From assembly GCF_006345805.1 (NCBI RefSeq), contig NC_043004.1, forward strand, positions 42,284,001-42,348,000: a stretch of DNA of 64,000 nt. The letters are read 5' to 3'. Every line of letters starts with the position of its first letter. Position 1 is the stretch's first letter. Position numbers and translations under genes: made by a program. The notes under the pieces are model-generated. The model did no database searches, was not told the DNA's origin, and worked only from the letters and a program-made list of their open reading frames with translations. The DNA is from Octopus sinensis (lineage: Eukaryota). Positions 51,396 to 64,000 of the stretch are shown in pieces.

Positions 51396-54283
51396 GGACT
51401 ACTTTTTCTTTGTGTATTTTTGTTATATCGTTTGTTTAAATAATCGCATCCACATTATTGTACCTTAACTGTCGTATTTATCAACATCCTGTGAATATAT
51501 ATGTTAAATGTCGGCTGACGTATCTGAATTTTGAAAAATATCAGCATAAGTATTAGAAGGTTGTGAGGAATTAATATCTCTGCAAATGTGATGTAAGAAC
51601 AACACCCGTGTATTCGTCAGGGATATGACACGATACGGTGATGCTCTAATTAGTTTTTATGAACTTATATCCATCCGATAGATTTGTAATGTTCCACTTC
51701 CAAATGTACTTATTCCTAGATAAACTGCTCAGTATCTTTCTTTTTCTTTTTAGATCTCTAACACGGATATAACTCCATTTTCTTTTTCGGAATTAGTTGA
51801 CTGCAAAACCTATCAAAATTATGTTCTTCAACCCCAATTAGCTAACTGCATAACCTCTCAACATGATGTTCTGCAACCCTACGGTCATCACCGCTTATTT
51901 TGTGCGTTCTTTTTTAGAAATGCAACACGTTGGAAACCCCTTAACCATTCCAGTTTACCAAAGTAATATATCATGCCGCGTAATTTGAAACTGAACAGCA
52001 ATCTACTATGGCCTGTAATCGTTCTAACGACTACATCTTCTTCATTGATCAATCTACGAAATATAAATCATATTTCATCTGTTTGAATGTCTTCCTTTCA
52101 CTGTAATTGAGAAGTAATTTTGATAATTAAGACAATTTGGGACTGTTCAACCAGTCATTCTATTCGAGGTCTGATGCTTTCCAATGCTTATACCGCTGAA
52201 TACCCTCATATCTCTCAGTCGACTGGAAGCTTGTAAGGGCCTGTACAACAAAAGCGACGCTGCAACTGAAGATTACTTTTAAAAATATTTAATTAATGTA
52301 GTTTTTGACCTTAGAAATAGTAACGATGAGTACCCAGTAAATCAGTAACACGACTGGAAAAAATTAATATTTATTCACCCAAATAAAACTCCTTGTATAG
52401 ATATGCAGCCACATGTAATTTAATCGACACGGATTATGTATAATGTCAAACGGACACGACTATTTATATCAGTAATATTTAGACACTGAATTCTTTCCTT
52501 CCAAGTTTTGTTTCTGCTGGTGTGCATAAATTCGAAGTAGCAATCTTCAGAGAATTCAGTTCGAGATGTTAAAACAACATACAATATGAAGGCATGTTAT
52601 GTGATGCGTGAAGTTTCAGATTTTATATCTGTTCACCCATCACCAAGAAAAGAGTGAGAAAGTAAGAATTTGACGATGTAGCCCAAATAGATATATTATA
52701 TGCATATTTCTGTTCTATATTAATGGAACGCGTGTAAATGTTTTACATTTCTCTGTTGTAAAACAAATTGTACCGTTTTTGTATTTCTTAACGGGTTGGC
52801 TCAGACTAAAATGAGACCAGTCGAGTTAACCGTATAATGTAAGTGCATGTTACACATTCAATGATTTTAAAGAACAAAAACAAACAATTAATCCCATTGT
52901 TTGAACACACATACACACATAGGAAAATATTTGAGTGGTTTAGCATACAGCTTCCAGACCACGAGCCCATGGTTTCAATTCCACGGCGTAACACATTTGC
53001 AAAGTATTTACCATAGACTAGGTTCCCTTCAAGACGTTTGAAAGAAATCTTTATTACTAGAAATGGTTTAGAATGATTTGGGATGGGTTACATTTAGTAA
53101 TTCAAACCATCACCCTTATCACACGGTGCCATGCTGATTGTACGTAGAATTACGTTAAGAGTATTCGCGTCTGTAGATATTTAACCACTAAGCAATCTTA
53201 TTCGTAGTGTACGACATGCAATTGTTTTTACACTGGCCTTTCATACGTCCAAATGGACGGAAGTGTTACCAATACATACAGACATATAAGCATACGTGTG
53301 CGCACATGCATGCACGTCTGTATATAATTGGCCAAAATTTATTTAACTACATAACAGTTGTGGTACAGATTGTAATTGAAAATGAATAGCTCTATTTATC
53401 TTAGTAAATATCGATGTTTTCTGTACAAAGACTATATTTATATATTTCACCAAAAGTGTAAAATTGTTATTTTTGTAATGACCTTGCTCGAACTACTTTT
53501 AAAGTGTCTATAACATATTATATTCTTAAGACAATAAGCAAAGACAAATCTTTCGTTTTGAATAAGTGACTTTCATTTTTCTATTAATTATATACTAACA
53601 CGTAAATAACAAAAATCAGCTATTTATTTGAGAAACTTAAGAGTTCCTCCACATGGTTGTACAAGTGTACTATAGATCTTTAGGAATTCTACCTCACTTA
53701 TTCATATGAAAGAAAATCAATCACATGTGAAGCGTTATGAACACGTATGATATCTCCTAATTGATAGCGACATCCCATTGATAATTTAATATAATTCCTT
53801 TTGAGTTGAGAAGTCTTTCAATCAAGACATCATAGATTATCATAACAGATAATCATAACAATGAAAAACCTATATTTTATTGTTTGATGAATTATTATGA
53901 TTATGCTTATCGGCAAAGTAATATCGGAGATGATAGTGTACTTCTTTGTCTAAATATATACGCTTATCATTTTCCTACTTGAATGTTGAAAGCGGGGAAA
54001 GGTCTTCACATGAACATGTTTGCGCCCTTGTAGTGATTCTCATATTGAACATATAATGTTTGTTCCACTTGGCACACATACGCGCTTCCATCTTATTCAT
54101 CCCTATATCTCTAAGGTGTATGTTTTTCTATCGGATTCCACGTACACATACATACGGAACTAATGAACACACATTCTTTTGGCTGTCTGTTGGCTTCTCT
54201 TTTCCCACATGTGTGTGTGTGTAAGTGTGTGTGTGTACCTGTGAAAGTATGTGTGTGTATATATATATATGTATGTATGTATG

Positions 54284-54316
<33 letters not shown>

Positions 54317-54380
54317 TATATGTATACATATATATATGCATACATATATATATATATATATGTATGCATATATATATGTA

Positions 54381-54428
<48 letters not shown>

Positions 54429-55181
54429 TACACACACATATATATATGTATGTATGTATATATATATATATATATAATATATATATATATATATTATATA
54501 TATATATATATGTACATTTATATATAAGATCCGGGGGTCGAGGTGTAGGACGAAAGTTAGCGTCAAGCAATCTGTAGTTAGTATAAAAAGCAACTTTCAG
54601 GGACAAAATTGGTTTATAGAGACGGAATGGTGTAGATTTTTTCGTATCGTAGTACGATAAACTGTAAAAAAAGTTCTTTTTTATATTTCATGGTAGGTGA
54701 TGAGGGTTGTCCGGTATGCAAATAGGAGTTTAGAAATGTAAGAGGTAAGATCCGAGCTACATATGTTGCATAGCGAGCGGAACCTCGGTAGTGGTAAATA
54801 TCCAAGAGAGGTCTGTATACACACACACACGCGCACACACACACATTTATACGAACAATAGAAGCATAGTTATGTCTGTACAGATCTGTTACATATGATG
54901 GACTCGACCGTCGATGACGGCGTATGAATATTCAGTATTTTGCTGAACTAATTTGGTTATGGTGATGAACTGTATGTGCTGTACATTATTTCACTTCATC
55001 CATCAAATTGTCCATCAAATTGACCTTGCCTGAACAGGTGCACGGTGTGCCACATGTCACAGCTACGTGGGATGAAGTGTTTTGATCGAGAACGCAACTC
55101 ACCACCTAATCTAGAAATTGAAACAATAATCTCGCCATTGTGAGCGACACATCCTAACGATTAGGCCAGCGTGCATCCTAA

Positions 55182-55270
<89 letters not shown>

Positions 55271-55312
55271 CGATCGCTCTCTATCTCCTTCCCTTCTCTC
55301 TCTGTACATGTA

Positions 55313-55359
<47 letters not shown>

Positions 55360-55430
55360 CAATTTAGGAATGGCCTAATCAGGCCATTCGTCCACCAGAA
55401 AGAGCAGCCAGAAAGAGCTACCCTAAATTG
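55360..55430. mobile_element. ~70-bp MITE-like insert in a (TA)n tract
   Basis: Terminal caatttagg...cctaaattg inverted repeat; internal hairpin gaatggcct-aatc-aggccattc; direct repeat ccagaaagagc x2. Confidence 0.45.
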
Positions 55431-55458
55431 ATTATATATATATATATATATATATATC

Positions 55459-55846
55459 TTTTACTCTTTTACTTGTTTCAGTCATTTGACTGCGGCCATG
55501 CTGGAGCACCGTCTTTAGTCGAGCAAATCGACCCCGGGACTTATTCTTTGTAAGCCCAGTACTTATTCTATCGGTCTCTTTTGCCGAACCGCTAAGTTAT
55601 GGGGACATAAACACACCAGCATCGGTTGTCAAGCAATGCTAGGGGGACAAACACAGACACACAAACCTCCCCATACACACATATATACATATACATATAT
55701 ACGACAGGCTTCTTTCAGTTTCCGTCTACCAAATCCATTGGTCGGCATTGGTCGGCCCGGGGCTATAGCAGAAGACACTTGCCCAAGATGCCACGCAGTG
55801 GACTGAACCCGGAACCAAGTGGTTGGTTAGCAAGCTACTTACCACA

Positions 55847-55850
<4 letters not shown>
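55459..55850 (-). mobile_element. SINE family 1, near full length
   Basis: Matches 10395-10790. Confidence 0.9.
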
Positions 55851-55902
<52 letters not shown>

Positions 55903-56016
55903 ATATATATATATATATATATTTATTATAATAATAATTATTTGACGGAATATTAATCCTAACTTACTGGGAAACAATTCAATTTAGAAATACTAAATCG
56001 AATTTCCCACAATATA

Positions 56017-56293
56017 AATTAGAAAAAAACCCCACATTTTATCAATTTAAAATGAACAATTAAATTACACCATCTAGAAAATTACATATACTAGAAATAT
56101 TAAGAATAAAACAACAATAAAATACCAATGATTAAGTAAATAGCAAAAAATGATAATAACGTATTTATTCTACCAATTTAATTAATCATTGGTATTTTAT
56201 TGTTATTTTAATGTTGATATTTCTATTACATGTAATTTTCTAGATGGTGCAATTTAATTGTTCATTTTGAATTGATAAAAGGTGTTTGTTTTC

Positions 56294-56298
<5 letters not shown>
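56017..56298. repeat. Imperfect inverted repeat with ~120-bp arms
   Basis: ttttatcaatttaaaatgaacaattaaattacaccatctagaaaattacat...aataaaataccaatgattaa versus ttaatcattggtattttatt...atgtaattttctagatggtgcaatttaattgttcattttgaattgataaaa. Confidence 0.88.
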
Positions 56299-56332
<34 letters not shown>

Positions 56333-56578
56333 TAAATTAGAGATGAATATAATTAATATAATATTATATTAATTATATTTATTTTTATGTTTTGGTTTAT
56401 GTCTATCACTGTTTGAGTTGCCTAATGGTTTTATCTCTAATTTAATTTATATTTAAACTGTGAAATTTGAGTTAATCCTAAATCTAATTTTTCCTGTAAG
56501 TTTGGATATACTCCCTATTATTATTATTATTATAATTATAATTATTATTATTATTATTATATATATATATTATATATA

Positions 56579-56617
<39 letters not shown>

Positions 56618-56674
56618 AGCGATAATAATTAATTTTATTTTATCGCAATTTGACTTGTTTATATATATATATTA

Positions 56675-56722
<48 letters not shown>

Positions 56723-57259
56723 CTCAGATATACACACATGCGCACACACATGGACAGATACATAGAACCATTATGCATTTGTACACGTCTATATGTACCG
56801 TACTGCATATATGAACGCTATGTAACGCATTCGGTTTCATTAAAAGTCGAAAATATATAATAAACGGTACATACATTTTTGTTAAGTTGAGAGATATAGT
56901 TGTAGATTCACAACGTCTGTGTTAGTCATGAATCGTTATTGTCGCAATAGTTTTCATTTGCTTATAGATTACCCTGCTATAAAATGTAGCACAAACGCTT
57001 AGTTCTGTTTCTTGTGGGAGTAATGAAGCGTTAGCGAAGGAATATGATTAGGAAATTTCTGTTCTTTCGTCACCTTTCAACTGATATTATGCCTTGTACT
57101 TTTCTAACCTTTTATCCTCTAAATCAGTGGTTCTTAACCTTTTATGTAGTTGTTATGAGTAGCGCTCACCTAAAATGCCAGTCAGTTATCACAACTAAAG
57201 ATGGAAGATGGTTATAAAATTTACTCAAAACGTTGATTGTATAAGCTTCTCCGGCACTA

Positions 57260-57450
57260 GTCGCCATGATATATCGTTAGCCACTACACACATATTTTCT
57301 CTACTTGTTTTTTCTGTGTCCTTTTCTGTAGAAGAGCGTAGGCTCGAAACGTAAAATACTTTTCTATTCCTGAGCGTTATACTAATACATCTGTTTGTTT
57401 TGTACACCACCTGTCTTCGTCTTTTGTTTTTTTCGTAAATTATCCCTACA
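57260..57450 (+). mobile_element. PLE pseudo-LTR-like repeat, copy D (variant hammerhead at 57321-57358, core CUGUAGA)
   Basis: cttttCTGTAGAagagcgtaggctcGAAAcgtaaaat; homologous to 1258-1472. Confidence 0.7.
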
Positions 57451-57519
57451 CAAACACACACACACACACACACAGACACACACACACACACACACATACA
57501 CACATATATATATATATAT

Positions 57520-57770
57520 ATATTAGTCGAATATATGGACCCAGTACTTGTTTTTTAAAAGGCTGATACTTATTCTATCGGTCTTTCTCTGAACCACTAA
57601 GTCACGGGGATGTAAACACAACGACACCGGTTCTCAAGCGGCAGTGGTGGAACAAACAGACACACCCATATATTCATCTCTGAGACAGGCTTCTTTCAGT
57701 TTCCGTCTACCAGATCCACCCGTGAGGCTTTGGTTGGTTCGAGTCTATAGTAGAAGCCTCTTGCCCAGGA
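57520..57770 (-). mobile_element. SINE family 1, diverged fragment
   Basis: tacttattctatcggtcttt...taaacacaacgacaccggtt...ttctttcagtttccgtctacc. Confidence 0.8.
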
Positions 57771-58034
57771 AATGAACTGAGTGATTTTTTGGTCACTACA
57801 ATTGTTTCGATACATAATAAAGTGGAAAACGGAATGAAGAATGTAATAAAAATTCAGTGTTTAGAAGTAATAAAGCGTTAAATTGATGAGGCTCGAACAT
57901 TTTTGTTCTGATCAACTGTTTCTCTGAAGGGTCTAAATTACTTCTTGCTTTTCCCTGTAAATGAAAGCCTCCAGGCAACACTCGAATTAGCCTCTATTTA
58001 GCGTTAACTTATGACCATCTAATTTATTCTCTCT

Positions 58035-58326
58035 TGAAATAATTACAAAAAAGGTAAAGAGGCATATCCGCCTCAATATACATACGTATTCTTTCATTCA
58101 AACTAGCTTCGTTAAAGGACCTCGGCGAAGATCAGGTCTCTTACAAAGTCGACACGTCATGTCGCTTCCTCGTCTATGCTCGAACCGTCGCTTCCTCGAT
58201 CGCCACACGTGCGTCCCGCTTGACCGCTTCCGCTCTCCCGCGCACATGCGCCCTCCAGTCTTCCACCGGCCCCTGTAAGCCCTACTTCCGCCCTCCTCAT
58301 CTGTCGTCCTCTCCACCGACACCACA
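58035..58326 (-). other. GC/CpG-rich island, possibly a solo LTR
   Basis: Sharp compositional shift; minus strand could run TGTGGTG...TTTCA; no TSD found. Confidence 0.3.
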
Positions 58327-59229
58327 ATACGATCACGTATATGTTTCCTACATATATCCTTACTCTGTTTCTTTTACTGTTTAAATCTATATCGGTATTT
58401 TGAGTTGAAAGTCTAACCACACATAAGGTAGTGTATATACTTTTATATATACATAGATATATTTATTATACATATATAATTCTCACATTCTTACTATTAT
58501 AGAATGAGACATAAAGACAGTATAATGTATTAAAATGAAATATACACACATTTATTCTATTTATTTATTCTATTTATATATACACACAGAATCTTTCCTA
58601 AGAAAGTAAAAGAAAAATGCATGTATATATATATATTTATATATATTCACACTTTTCAGTCATTTCTCTATTTCTAGTTTTTACTGTATTGTTTGTGTGG
58701 TTATTATTCATGCTTTTGATAAATTCCGCCGAGGTGAACTTTGCCTTTTATCCTTTCGGTGTTGAATACTGGGCCGATGCAATCGAGTAGTCGCCTCCCT
58801 CAATATTTCAGGCCGTATGCATTACAGCATTACAGGCAACGATTCTAGTCATGTACAACCAACGATTCTAGTCAATGCACAAGACAGCCATTATGCTCAC
58901 ACGGACAAAACACCAACACGTGGACTCTGTTAAGACTAGTAAGAAACAATCATGAACTTTTTAATTCCACTTAACTTTTAAAATATTTTTGACAAGTTTC
59001 GTTTTTGAAGAAGGACCGAAACATATAAAATCCCTCAGAAAATAAAAATTTATCTTATATAGTGGCGTTTTCAAACTTCATTTTTATAAATACACACGCA
59101 CACACACACATATATATTATATATACGATTACGTGCGCTACGTAAGTGTTGTAACGAATTATTAAGGCTCCAGTTATAGCCGAGACAGTAGTTATGGAGC
59201 CATTGCAGATTTCCAATGCAGCGGATAAC

Positions 59230-59296
<67 letters not shown>

Positions 59297-59561
59297 ATGG
59301 TATTATTAAAATACCATCACAGTGGTAAGCGAATTATTAGCCATACAGGCAAATTAATTAAATATATACATACAATAGTAGATATGTACATATATACAGA
59401 AGGATACTTCATGAGTACCTATATCGCTAATTATAGAAGTAAAATAATACTTCTGTACCACCGAAAAGTCACAAATCTATTATAGACAAGATAGGAAAAA
59501 TATCAGGGAACAATAATAATGTCTTACCTCAAATGGGTTAGAACAAGTAATGCTCGTCACT

Positions 59562-59619
59562 CTCGGTACGGGTTTCGAAATTCAGCGCCACGTAGGCACG
59601 TGATTTCTCATCAGCCAAA
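59562..59619 (-). ncRNA. Type I hammerhead ribozyme, canonical core
   Basis: Reverse complement tttgg-CTGATGA-gaaat...atttc-GAAA-cccg-TA-ccgag; stem II contains a cacgt/acgtg hairpin; lies in a ~330-bp insert between (TA)n tracts. Confidence 0.72.
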
Positions 59620-59620
59620 G

Positions 59621-59676
<56 letters not shown>

Positions 59677-60561
59677 GTGCCTTGGGTGGACCATTACGCT
59701 AAGAATAATAACACACGTACAAGTAGTTTTACACTCACATTAGACATTGAACCCAGGGTCTCGTCGTTTATATTACAGCTGAAAGGAGTGTCTTTGAATT
59801 CACGGGATATTATTAATATGCGTGTGGCGGTAAATTATCTTCCCATTTCCTGATCAAAATCCTTCTATTGTATAGATTTCTATCACAATAGTAAAACATC
59901 AAAATTTTTAAGCTAGCATAGTCAAATATCAGGAATACTCGTATGATGTTCCTGTTCGCTCGAACCACATCTCAAAGGTCACCTCACTTCTTCGTTGCAA
60001 TATTGATAAATTAGATGTTGTATTTATTTACCGCACAAAAGATCAGTAATACAACATTATGCTTAGTGTATCTTATTTAACGCTTCATGAGAAGAATTAA
60101 TGATCAAATATAAATATCAGTTTAGTTGCAACCTTCAGGAATTTCGTACACAATATCAATGTTGTGATTAATTCACTGAACAAATTAGTAACGGTCGATT
60201 GGAGAGACGAATGCTACTCTCTTGGAGAGATTTTATTTAGAATTCAATGTTTCATCCGTTGAGGTATTAAATATTGCTTAGAGTGGGGTTTGTGTGTTCT
60301 ACTTGAGAAAGCCAAAGCCAGAAGATACAACGGGTGCGTGTGCACACATACACTTATTTTATAGAGTTATTTCTCAGTGCATGTAATGTGATGGGGGCTT
60401 GACTGTTATATCTAACATATCAGGCGTAGGGCACACAGACACATTGATAAATGTACAGAAACTGGGTGAGCATATTTAAGTCAAAAATAGTGAGGGTGAG
60501 AATCAAAGATAGCAATTAGATTTTACACGCATTACACACTCAAAGGGAGGGGAATAATGAC

Positions 60562-60622
<61 letters not shown>

Positions 60623-61264
60623 GAAGCGAGAGAAGAGATATGGAGAGATAGACCCAGGGAGAGAATGAGAGAACGGCAGAGAAGAGAGAGGGAGTAGGAG
60701 AGAGAAAAAAAGGGGGAAGGGAGAGAATGTTTTCGTTGTACTAAACGAAGGGAGTTCATTTTCATTTCATTTTATCTAGTTTCAACTCACGAGTTGTGGC
60801 CATGCTAGGGCACTGCCATTAGTTGTTGATTGTGGTTCTATAATTTATTGAGATCTGTAAATTATAACACTCTAACTGTGTATTTCAAAGACAAATAACA
60901 TAGCTTGTATATTTAAAATGTTATATATATTATTAACAATATTATTAACAATAAAGGAGTCTGACACAATGCGTATAGTTTTACCCTAACGAATTATGCA
61001 TATATCTTGAGAGCACTTTTTATCATATAATTACGTTTTTGCTTAAATGAAATTGTTTAAGATGGTGTTATTAAGTCCATAAATTTTGCAAATAATTATG
61101 CAAACTGTGGTGACAAATATGTAGTAAAATTGCGTTCATGTCATATACTATATAATAACTAATAATCTAATACCTAAGAGAGAGATTATCATAAACACAG
61201 GAACAATATGTTATAACAATAGAATAATAATAATAAAATAATAATAATAATATTAATGATAATG

Positions 61265-61319
<55 letters not shown>

Positions 61320-61645
61320 CAACATTATTTTGTATGATTGTAAGTGTAAGTTAGGAATATAATTATGTAATAAGGAAAAAGGCAATAATATGTCAGGTAT
61401 CTAGATGAAGACACAGGGGTAAAGAATTTAACGAAGAAATAAAGCATAATATGAAAGGCTAGAGGGAATGCAAGTTGCAAATACAGTACGTATGCTAAAA
61501 TAAAATGTGAAATAAAAGTGTGAATACTTAATCATATTGGTGGCTGATATATTAGCACTATTTAAAATACTGCTTATAATATTTCCTTTAACCGGTGTCA
61601 GATTTAGACATGATGAGGCACTAAGTATTATAAAGTTTAAAGATC

Positions 61646-62300
61646 CATTATTTCAACGATTCGAAGATGAAACGAGAGATATTTCGTAAATAACTTGCAT
61701 TCAGCTGAAATGAACTTTACACACGCACGCATGCCCGTGTACACACACACACACACACATTCTCACACATACACATACACTTTTATGAATTGTGTAGACA
61801 TATGCACAGACATATACTCATATATTTATATATACACACACATATATATTTCAGCGGGAGATTTTAAAAAATGCCTTTTAAATATTTTAAGCTCATGAAG
61901 ATTACAAGTCTCTCATTTGAAGTTTGTTTATATTAATTAAATGCGAATCTGATTTTAGACGATAAATATTTTTGCGAATGTATAATTAATGCTATATATT
62001 GAGGTTAAAAATAGCGTTCCGAGAAAGATGTTTCGGAATGGTGTTGCTATTAAAAAGAAGATTGGGGTTACTAGGAACTTAAAACCAACGCGTGTGCTTA
62101 TATGAAAAAAATGTTTCATGTCATTAGTTGTGTGCCTTATAAATATTCATTTTCTTTTATATCAGATAAGATGGCTTTCGATCTGGCCTTTTTTTATGTT
62201 TAACGTTTTTGGAACCACACTCTAACATAAAAAAAACAAGCATTTTTAACTTCTCACCTTCAATGTATATTGCGATTCATTTCACTTCTTCATTTAATCA

Positions 62301-62389
<89 letters not shown>

Positions 62390-62636
62390 GTATATATATA
62401 TATGTATGTATGTACGGATATGTATATATTGTAGTTCTTGTCATTTTTCTCATTATTTCAACGTTCGAAGATGAAACGAGAGATATTTCGTAAATACTTG
62501 CCTTCAGCTGAAATGAACTTTACACACACGCACGCATGCCCGTGTACACACACACACCACACACACACACACACCCATTCTCACACATACACTTACACTT
62601 TTATGAATTGTGTAGACATATGCACAGACATATACT

Positions 62637-62638
<2 letters not shown>
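61646..62638. repeat. Local direct duplication of ~180 bp (61646-61820 and 62451-62638)
   Basis: cattatttcaacg.ttcgaagatgaaacgagagatatttcgtaaata...gtagacatatgcacagacatatactca occurs twice with few differences. Confidence 0.9.
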
Positions 62639-62689
<51 letters not shown>

Positions 62690-62914
62690 TGTATATTTAC
62701 ATATGTATATGCAGATATGTATATATGGCGCAGAAATACATATATTCATGCATACATACGGAGATACATATCTATCTATCTTTCATTCAGTATCTTTATA
62801 TTCACACATATTTGTGTGCGGGTTATTTGAGTCAAACAAGCGAAAACTTATTTCCTTACCTCCAAAAGTTTCCATATGATCTTTAACATGTACATACATA
62901 CATACATACATACA

Positions 62915-62950
<36 letters not shown>

Positions 62951-62970
62951 TATATATAATATATACATAC

Positions 62971-63014
<44 letters not shown>

Positions 63015-64000
63015 GCATACATACATACATATGTGTGTGAGATCATGTGTGCGTGCGTATATATATATATATATATATAGCGTTCAGATTCTCTACTAAA
63101 ACTACAAAAAAGTTGTACAAATAGTAGAAAAAGAGGAAAGGATGTAAAACATAAACCATAACAAAATTATAAAAATACTTCAAATGTAGAACAAATGTAT
63201 ATTTGTTTGATTTCTAAGTTGAATGTATGACGATAGAGAAGCTTCATACATTAGAACAAAGTATTGAAATGTTGACAGCCAATATTCTGACGCATTCTGC
63301 AAACTAAAACTATATTTTTATGCTTCCATAGTACATTTATGACGCCATCACATTTTTATTCTAGCGCCATATATATTCATTCGAATAATAATTTCAAACA
63401 TCAAACCTAGTACGCTGGCATTTAATCCAAGCCTGTAAAATATATATTTGCTTTGGCAAATATATAAATACATACATACATACATACATGCATACATACA
63501 TACATACATACATACATACATACTTACATTCATACATACATCTGTACATACGTCAGTTATACGCATATAAGTATATACATAGATATTTATATATATATAT
63601 GTATTTATGTATGGATATACGTGTATACATGTATGTACACATATATACATATACATATATACATGCATATATATATGTATGTACATTCATATCTACATAT
63701 AGATGTATCTAGCTTTCTATTTATATGTCTGCCTATCATTCTATATATGTAGAAATGAATGTATAGATGTGTATATATACATATATACATACGTACTGAT
63801 ATGTACATATATATGCATACACACACACCACAGACACACATATATTATATATATATATATATAATATATATAATATATATACATATGTATAGATTGATAG
63901 ATCGATAGATCATAGATATAGATATATACTCACATATGTATGTGTATATATATATATATATATATGTATGAGAAATTCTATACCATTATATACATATATA

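Noticed and set aside
54530-54820. Possible coding fragment on the minus strand
   Set aside because: No recognisable domain or convincing splice context

Overview
AT-rich, repeat-saturated eukaryotic DNA with no recognisable host exon. The SINE families and dense (TA)n/(CA)n/(ATCT)n/(TATG)n/(AAT)n tracts look like octopus (cephalopod) intronic or intergenic sequence; this is inferred from my recollection of those repeats, not from a search. Almost all ORFs in the track are microsatellite artefacts. Real content: four tRNA-derived SINE families (about 25 copies or fragments), a decayed piggyBac with both TTAA ends (17569-19971), R4/Dong-, Hero-, RTE- and CR1/L2-like LINE relics, several Penelope-like (PLE) relics, Tc1/mariner pieces, a Helitron 3' end and an apparently exact 861-bp tandem duplication. 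Two things stand out. First, a 2.4-kb array (46620-49010) alternates a palindromic GAAAATTTTC minisatellite with five ~200-bp cassettes (three full, two truncated). Full cassettes carry a TATA box and the N-terminus of a CRESS-DNA/circovirus-like Rep (RFCFTLNNY, rolling-circle motif I). Second, there is a set of type I hammerhead ribozyme motifs, including a four-copy family with a fixed non-canonical core (CUGUNGA instead of CUGANGA) and one with a ~85-nt stem II.
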